This document shows positions 1-2,161 of a stretch of 2,161 nt of DNA, in pieces. The position numbers and the translations under genes were made by a program. A model generated the notes under the pieces. That model saw nothing but the letters and a program-made list of their open reading frames with translations, had not been told where the DNA came from and ran no database searches. The DNA is from Naegleria gruberi (taxonomy: Eukaryota): the NCBI GenBank assembly GCA_000004985.1, contig GG739285.1; one strand, 5' to 3'. Each line of letters opens with the position of its first letter. Positions within the stretch are counted from its first letter, which is position 1.

Positions 1-325
1 AAAAGTCATTAAGATGTGCGCCCCGTTGTGAAATGATTTATTGTGTAGAGTTTCGTTATTTATTTGATTACTTTTGGGTGTGACTGGAATATTGTTTGGT
101 AAATGTTTGATTGGTATTATTACTATTGGAAACAGACGGAGTGGTTGGTCAACTTGGTTGTGTTCTTTCATTACTTTTTGACTTTTGATTCATATGAACA
201 AGATCTTGTTAGACCACTACTGGTGCTTGACTGGTTATTGTTCACTAACTTTTTCTTTTGCTTACTGATGGAAATTCTGAAGAATCAGGAAAATGATCAG
301 AACTTGCACAAGACTATTTGTTTAA

Positions 326-331
326 TTTATT
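326..331 (-). promoter_or_regulatory. Putative polyadenylation signal AATAAA for the kinase gene
   Basis: The minus-strand AATAAA lies ~46 nt downstream of the TAA stop in an AT-rich flank. More AATAAA copies occur further downstream on the minus strand (around plus ~35-65). Hexamer presence only; no transcript evidence. Confidence 0.3.
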
Positions 332-376
332 GTTATACTATTTTACATGATTAAAATACATTTAAACTATACAATT

Positions 377-844
377 TTAAAGAAGAATAAAAACATTAGA
401 GTTCTTATTCATTCTATAGTTATTGTAAATATCAACAAGGAGTTCCAATAATTGACTGTGAATTTCCTCAAAAAGTGGTCTTTCAGATACTTCAGTAGAG
501 AGACATTTGGAACCAATTGAGTATAATCGTTCTGCTTGGGACTTGTTCAAGCATTTAAAGGTTGTCATCAATTCATCAATTGTAATGAACCTCTTCAAAT
601 GGGCCTTTAGGTCAATTTGGGAAGTTGGGGATGGAGGAGTAACTCCAAAGAATTTTAAACATCTTTCTGTAAAGGCCTTTCCACTTCCACTTCCATTAGT
701 GTTAGAGCTTTGTGTTTCCAATGGTTTAGCTGCTTGAAGGATCTCATTCATCGTCACACCAAAGCTGTATATATCAAATTTTCTGTAATCAAACTCAAAC
801 CCAGGTTTGAGTGTGCCTTCTTTTCTCTGAACTAATTCTGGCGC
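377..844 (-). CDS. Terminal coding exon of a split Ser/Thr protein-kinase gene (kinase C-lobe; ends with TAA stop at 379..377)
   Basis: Read in the frame of minus ORF 377..865, starting at codon GCG (844..842). Translation: APELVQRKEGTLKPGFEFDYRKFDIYSFGVTMNEIL... This contains the APE motif (subdomain VIII), D-I-Y-S-F-G (subdomain IX) and ...ERPLFEEI...L (subdomain XI). The exon start is fixed by the acceptor AG at 846..845 (minus). The stop TAA is followed by an AT-rich 3' flank. Confidence 0.85.
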   Translation of the reverse strand, partial: APELVQRKEGTLKPGFEFDYRKFDIYSFGVTMNEILQAAKPLETQSSNTNGSGSGKAFTERCLKFFGVTPPSPTSQIDLKAHLKRFITIDELMTTFKCLNKSQAERLYSIGSKCLSTEVSERPLFEEIHSQLLELLVDIYNNYRMNKNSNVFILL

Positions 845-888
845 CTTTAATATTGATGAAACCAAACACTTATCTTATAGATACTTAC
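845..888 (-). other. Spliceosomal intron (44 nt, phase 0), GTAAGTATC...ATATTAAAG
   Basis: The minus strand reads ...CATTATATG|GTAAGTATCTATAAGATAAGTGTTTGGTTTCATCAATATTAAAG|GCGCCAGAATTA... Removing it joins the two ORFs in frame and regenerates the G-T-x-x-Y-M-A-P-E activation-segment motif. A TAA at 849..847 lies inside the intron, which explains the ORF break. Confidence 0.9.
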
Positions 889-1791
889 CATATAATGGGA
901 TGTTCCTGAAGCAGTTGCTGTTGTTGATTGATAATTATCAACTTGTTCTGAAACGTTAAAATCAGCAATTTTTACATCACCAACAAGCTGCAATCCATTC
1001 ACATCAACCATGTCTATTAAGATATTGGAAGGTTTGATATCGTAATGGATGATTTTCTCCTTGTGCATATAATTCAAAGTATTGGCACACTTTACAAATA
1101 CCATCAGCAGTTGATATAATTTACCAAAACTATTATTTCCAAATTCAGTAATTCGACAATTTTCCAATGAGAAATCCATTAATTTCAAATACAAATGAAA
1201 AGATTCAGATGTTTGCTCCTTGTGTACAAGATCAACTGTTCCATGATGCGAGTTCAGTTTTTGAAGGATTTCATATTCGTGTTCTCCAATTTTAACATCA
1301 CTGAATACCTTCTTTACCACATTATTATCACCAATCTTTCCTTTGTAAACTTTGCTGCAGAGAATGGCCTCTTGTTCAAATTTCTTGCTACCAATATCTA
1401 GATAGGTTCTTGGAGTGAGTTTTACAAAAGGAAATAGGCTGTATGCAATTGATTCAGAAAGATTGTGGGCAAGGTATTGTTCGTAAAATAAATATCCATC
1501 TTGTTTCTTGTGGGAGAGAATATACGAAACTGGACTGATCATGTCATAGGGCAAAGTGTATGGTCTCTTGACATACATCAAAAGATTTTCAAAAGCAAAC
1601 TTATAATTAAAGAATTCTGTCACTAAAACAGATGGATCAAGAAGTACCTTCTCCCCTTTCTTGGTGGACATCAATCCGTATTCAGAAATAGAGAATTTGT
1701 TCGACAGGTGCAAATCATACATGATAGCTTTTGCAAGGAAAAGTTTCACAAAATTATAGCTCGACTTCTCCCATGCTTTCTCTAACAGAGG
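889..1791 (-). CDS. Large internal coding exon: linker region plus kinase N-lobe through the activation loop
   Basis: A 301-codon open frame, open from 1797 and modelled from 1791. It encodes VYKGK-type beta-strands, VVKK (VAIK-like Lys), EHEYEILQKL (helix-C Glu), HKEKIIHYDIKPSNILI (catalytic loop), VKIADFN (DFG-like) and SGTSHYM. It ends in phase 0 directly before a minus-strand GTAAGTAT donor at 888. The 3' boundary is high confidence. The 5' boundary (acceptor AATAAG|, AG at 1793..1792) is model-based. The first in-frame ATG is at 1722..1720. Confidence 0.8.
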
Positions 1792-1884
1792 CTTATTTCA
1801 AATCATATGAATAATGTTTCGTTTGTTTCTAATACTTACAACCTTTTGAAGAATTTATAACTATACCAATAAGCGCAAACTTAC
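1792..1884 (-). other. Intron (93 nt, phase 0) linking the second ankyrin exon to the kinase exon. It contains an internal GTAAGT at 1839..1834 and a possible 3-nt micro-exon GTT (1842..1840)
   Basis: The donor is AACATG|GTAAGTTTG at 1884. The only acceptor that enters the kinase reading frame in phase 0 is AATAAG| (AG 1793..1792). Intermediate acceptors (TATAG| at 1861, CAAAAG| at 1843) lead either to an in-frame TAA or to a 3-nt exon followed at once by a second GTAAGT donor. Both the 93-nt intron and the 42+3+48 arrangement preserve the frame. Confidence 0.4.
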
Positions 1885-1971
1885 CATGTTGGAAATCATA
1901 ATATTGGTATGACTGAGAAGGCTATGAACAACTGATTTGTGATTATTGTAAAAGGCAACACTCAATGGATT
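1885..1971 (-). CDS. 87-nt phase-0 exon encoding one ankyrin-like repeat unit
   Basis: The minus-strand segment is open in only one of three frames: NPLSVAFYNNHKSVVHSLLSHTNIMISNM. It fits the ankyrin core pattern (T/N)PL..A....H..VV..LL. It is bounded upstream by the acceptor ...CTAAC...AAATTAG| (AG 1973..1972). It is bounded downstream by AACATG|GTAAGT (donor at 1884). It is exactly 29 codons long. Confidence 0.55.
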
Positions 1972-2020
1972 CTAATTTCAGAGTTGTTAGAAATATTACT
2001 CAGAGATCAGTAACACTTAC
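1972..2020 (-). other. Spliceosomal intron (49 nt, phase 0) with a CTAAC branch-point motif
   Basis: Minus strand: GTAAGTGTTACTGATCTCTGAGTAATATTTCTAACAACTCTGAAATTAG. It has a perfect GTAAGT donor. The TTCTAACAA branch-point-like element lies 14 nt upstream of the AG. The flanking exons are each open in exactly one frame and join in phase 0. Confidence 0.6.
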
Positions 2021-2107
2021 ACCAATGTTCACGTCAATAGTTTCTGAACTCAATAATAATTTTACAATAGTATCACTTCCAATTTTACTAGCAGCAACCA
2101 GTGGTGT
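2021..2107 (-). CDS. 87-nt phase-0 exon encoding one ankyrin repeat unit
   Basis: Minus-strand translation: TPLVAASKIGSDTIVKLLLSSETIDVNIG. This is a close match to the ankyrin consensus TPLH.AA..GH..IVKLLL...D.N. It ends with a complete codon immediately before GTAAGTGTT (donor at 2020). An in-frame TAG at 2110..2108 forces the exon start to 2107 via the TTAG| acceptor (AG 2109..2108). Confidence 0.55.
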
Positions 2108-2152
2108 CTAATATTCTGTAAAGAAAACTGTTTTTATGGATTAGCAACTTAC
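2108..2152 (-). other. Candidate 5'-most intron in the window (45 nt), GTAAGTTGCTAATCC...TTTTCTTTACAGAATATTAG
   Basis: GTAAGT is at 2152..2147 (minus). The pyrimidine-rich tract and TTAG| acceptor lie immediately before the ankyrin exon. The upstream exon cannot be confirmed. In phase 0 it would read TGA CAG TCA, with the TGA at 2161..2159 on the window edge. An alternative weak donor GTCAGT at 2156 avoids this. Confidence 0.25.
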
Positions 2153-2161
2153 TGACTGTCA

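Noticed and set aside
103-354. Plus-strand ORF of 83 aa (MFDWYYYYWKQTEWLVNLVVFF...)
   Set aside because: It is low-complexity, hydrophobic and aromatic-rich, with no recognisable domain. It lies wholly within the putative 3' UTR and flank of the minus-strand kinase gene. In ~70% AT sequence, an 83-codon open frame on the T-rich strand is easily produced by chance. No splice or start-context support. Retained only as a very low-probability small-protein candidate.
507-737. Plus-strand ORF of 76 aa antisense to the kinase terminal exon
   Set aside because: It is entirely antisense to a well-supported coding exon, with no domain-like sequence. Typical shadow ORF.
847-865. Interpreting the 19-nt overlap of the two minus ORFs as a prokaryotic gene pair, a programmed frameshift or a frameshifted pseudogene
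   Set aside because: A canonical GTAAGT...AG intron sits exactly at the frame change. Its removal restores the conserved kinase APE motif and a single contiguous kinase domain. The ORF track's apparent GTG/TTG starts at 1749 and 865 are artefacts of bacterial-style ORF calling.
1195-1401. Plus-strand ORF of 68 aa antisense to the kinase N-lobe exon
   Set aside because: Antisense shadow ORF within a confirmed coding exon. Low-complexity translation.
1720-1774. Alternative start codons: ATG at 1774..1772 (minus) or the track's GTG at 1749..1747
   Set aside because: ATG 1774..1772 is out of frame and hits TAA after 5 codons. GTG is not a eukaryotic initiator. The in-frame ATG at 1722..1720 remains a possible start if the upstream ankyrin exons were a separate gene. 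That would leave less than 170 nt between genes, and an open frame extends upstream to 1797, so the multi-exon model is preferred.
377-2107. Ciliate nuclear code (TAA/TAG = Gln), suggested by AT-richness and very short introns
   Set aside because: There are no in-frame TAA/TAG across ~515 codons, and ~15 Gln are all CAA/CAG. The kinase domain is structurally complete just before the TAA at 379..377, which is followed by an AATAAA-bearing AT-rich flank. An in-frame TAG at 2110..2108 is better explained as intronic.
2108-2130. Using the strong TTTTCTTTACAG| (2116) or CAG| (2128) acceptors for the 5'-most intron
   Set aside because: Either choice places the in-frame TAG (2110..2108) inside the ankyrin exon reading frame. 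Only the AG at 2109..2108 is compatible with continuing that frame.
1-2161. Scan for CRISPR arrays, tandem/inverted repeats, tRNA/rRNA, transposon termini
   Set aside because: Nothing was found. There are no direct-repeat/spacer periodicity, no tRNA-like cloverleaf candidates and no long inverted terminal repeats. The only repeated motif is GTAAGT on the minus strand (845..888 intron plus four upstream copies), explained as splice donors.

Overview
This window is an AT-rich (~30% GC) eukaryotic locus carrying one split protein-coding gene on the minus strand. The gene is an ankyrin-repeat-containing Ser/Thr protein kinase with atypical catalytic motifs. The two large minus-strand ORFs in the track (847..1749 and 377..865) are two exons of this one gene. 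They are joined by a 44-nt spliceosomal intron (plus 845..888; minus-strand GTAAGTAT...TTAAAG). Removing it fuses ...SGTSHYM to APELVQ..., which recreates the universally conserved kinase 'APE' motif of subdomain VIII. Upstream, between 1792 and the window edge, the minus strand has four more GTAAGT donor sites. It also has two 87-nt phase-0 exons, each open in only one frame and each encoding one ankyrin-like unit (TPLVAASKIGSDTIVKLLL..., NPLSVAFYNNHKSVVHSLL...). They splice in frame onto the kinase exon. The best model, which is 5'-partial because the gene runs off the window at 2161, is exons 2107..2021, 1971..1885, 1791..889 and 844..380, with a TAA stop at 379..377. That gives at least 514 aa. 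The kinase domain keeps the catalytic Lys, helix-C Glu, catalytic Asp, Asn and metal-binding Asp. It has HYD instead of HRD (non-RD), DFN instead of DFG, and a degenerate, insertion-containing glycine loop. The genetic code looks standard. There are no in-frame TAA/TAG across ~1.5 kb of coding sequence, and all ~15 Gln codons are CAA/CAG. There are no rRNA/tRNA genes, CRISPR arrays, obvious transposon ends or prokaryote-style operon structures. The taxon cannot be assigned from sequence alone. The short (44-49 nt) introns, GTAAGT donors and a CTAAC-type branch point fit an AT-rich fungus, protist or small-intron metazoan.
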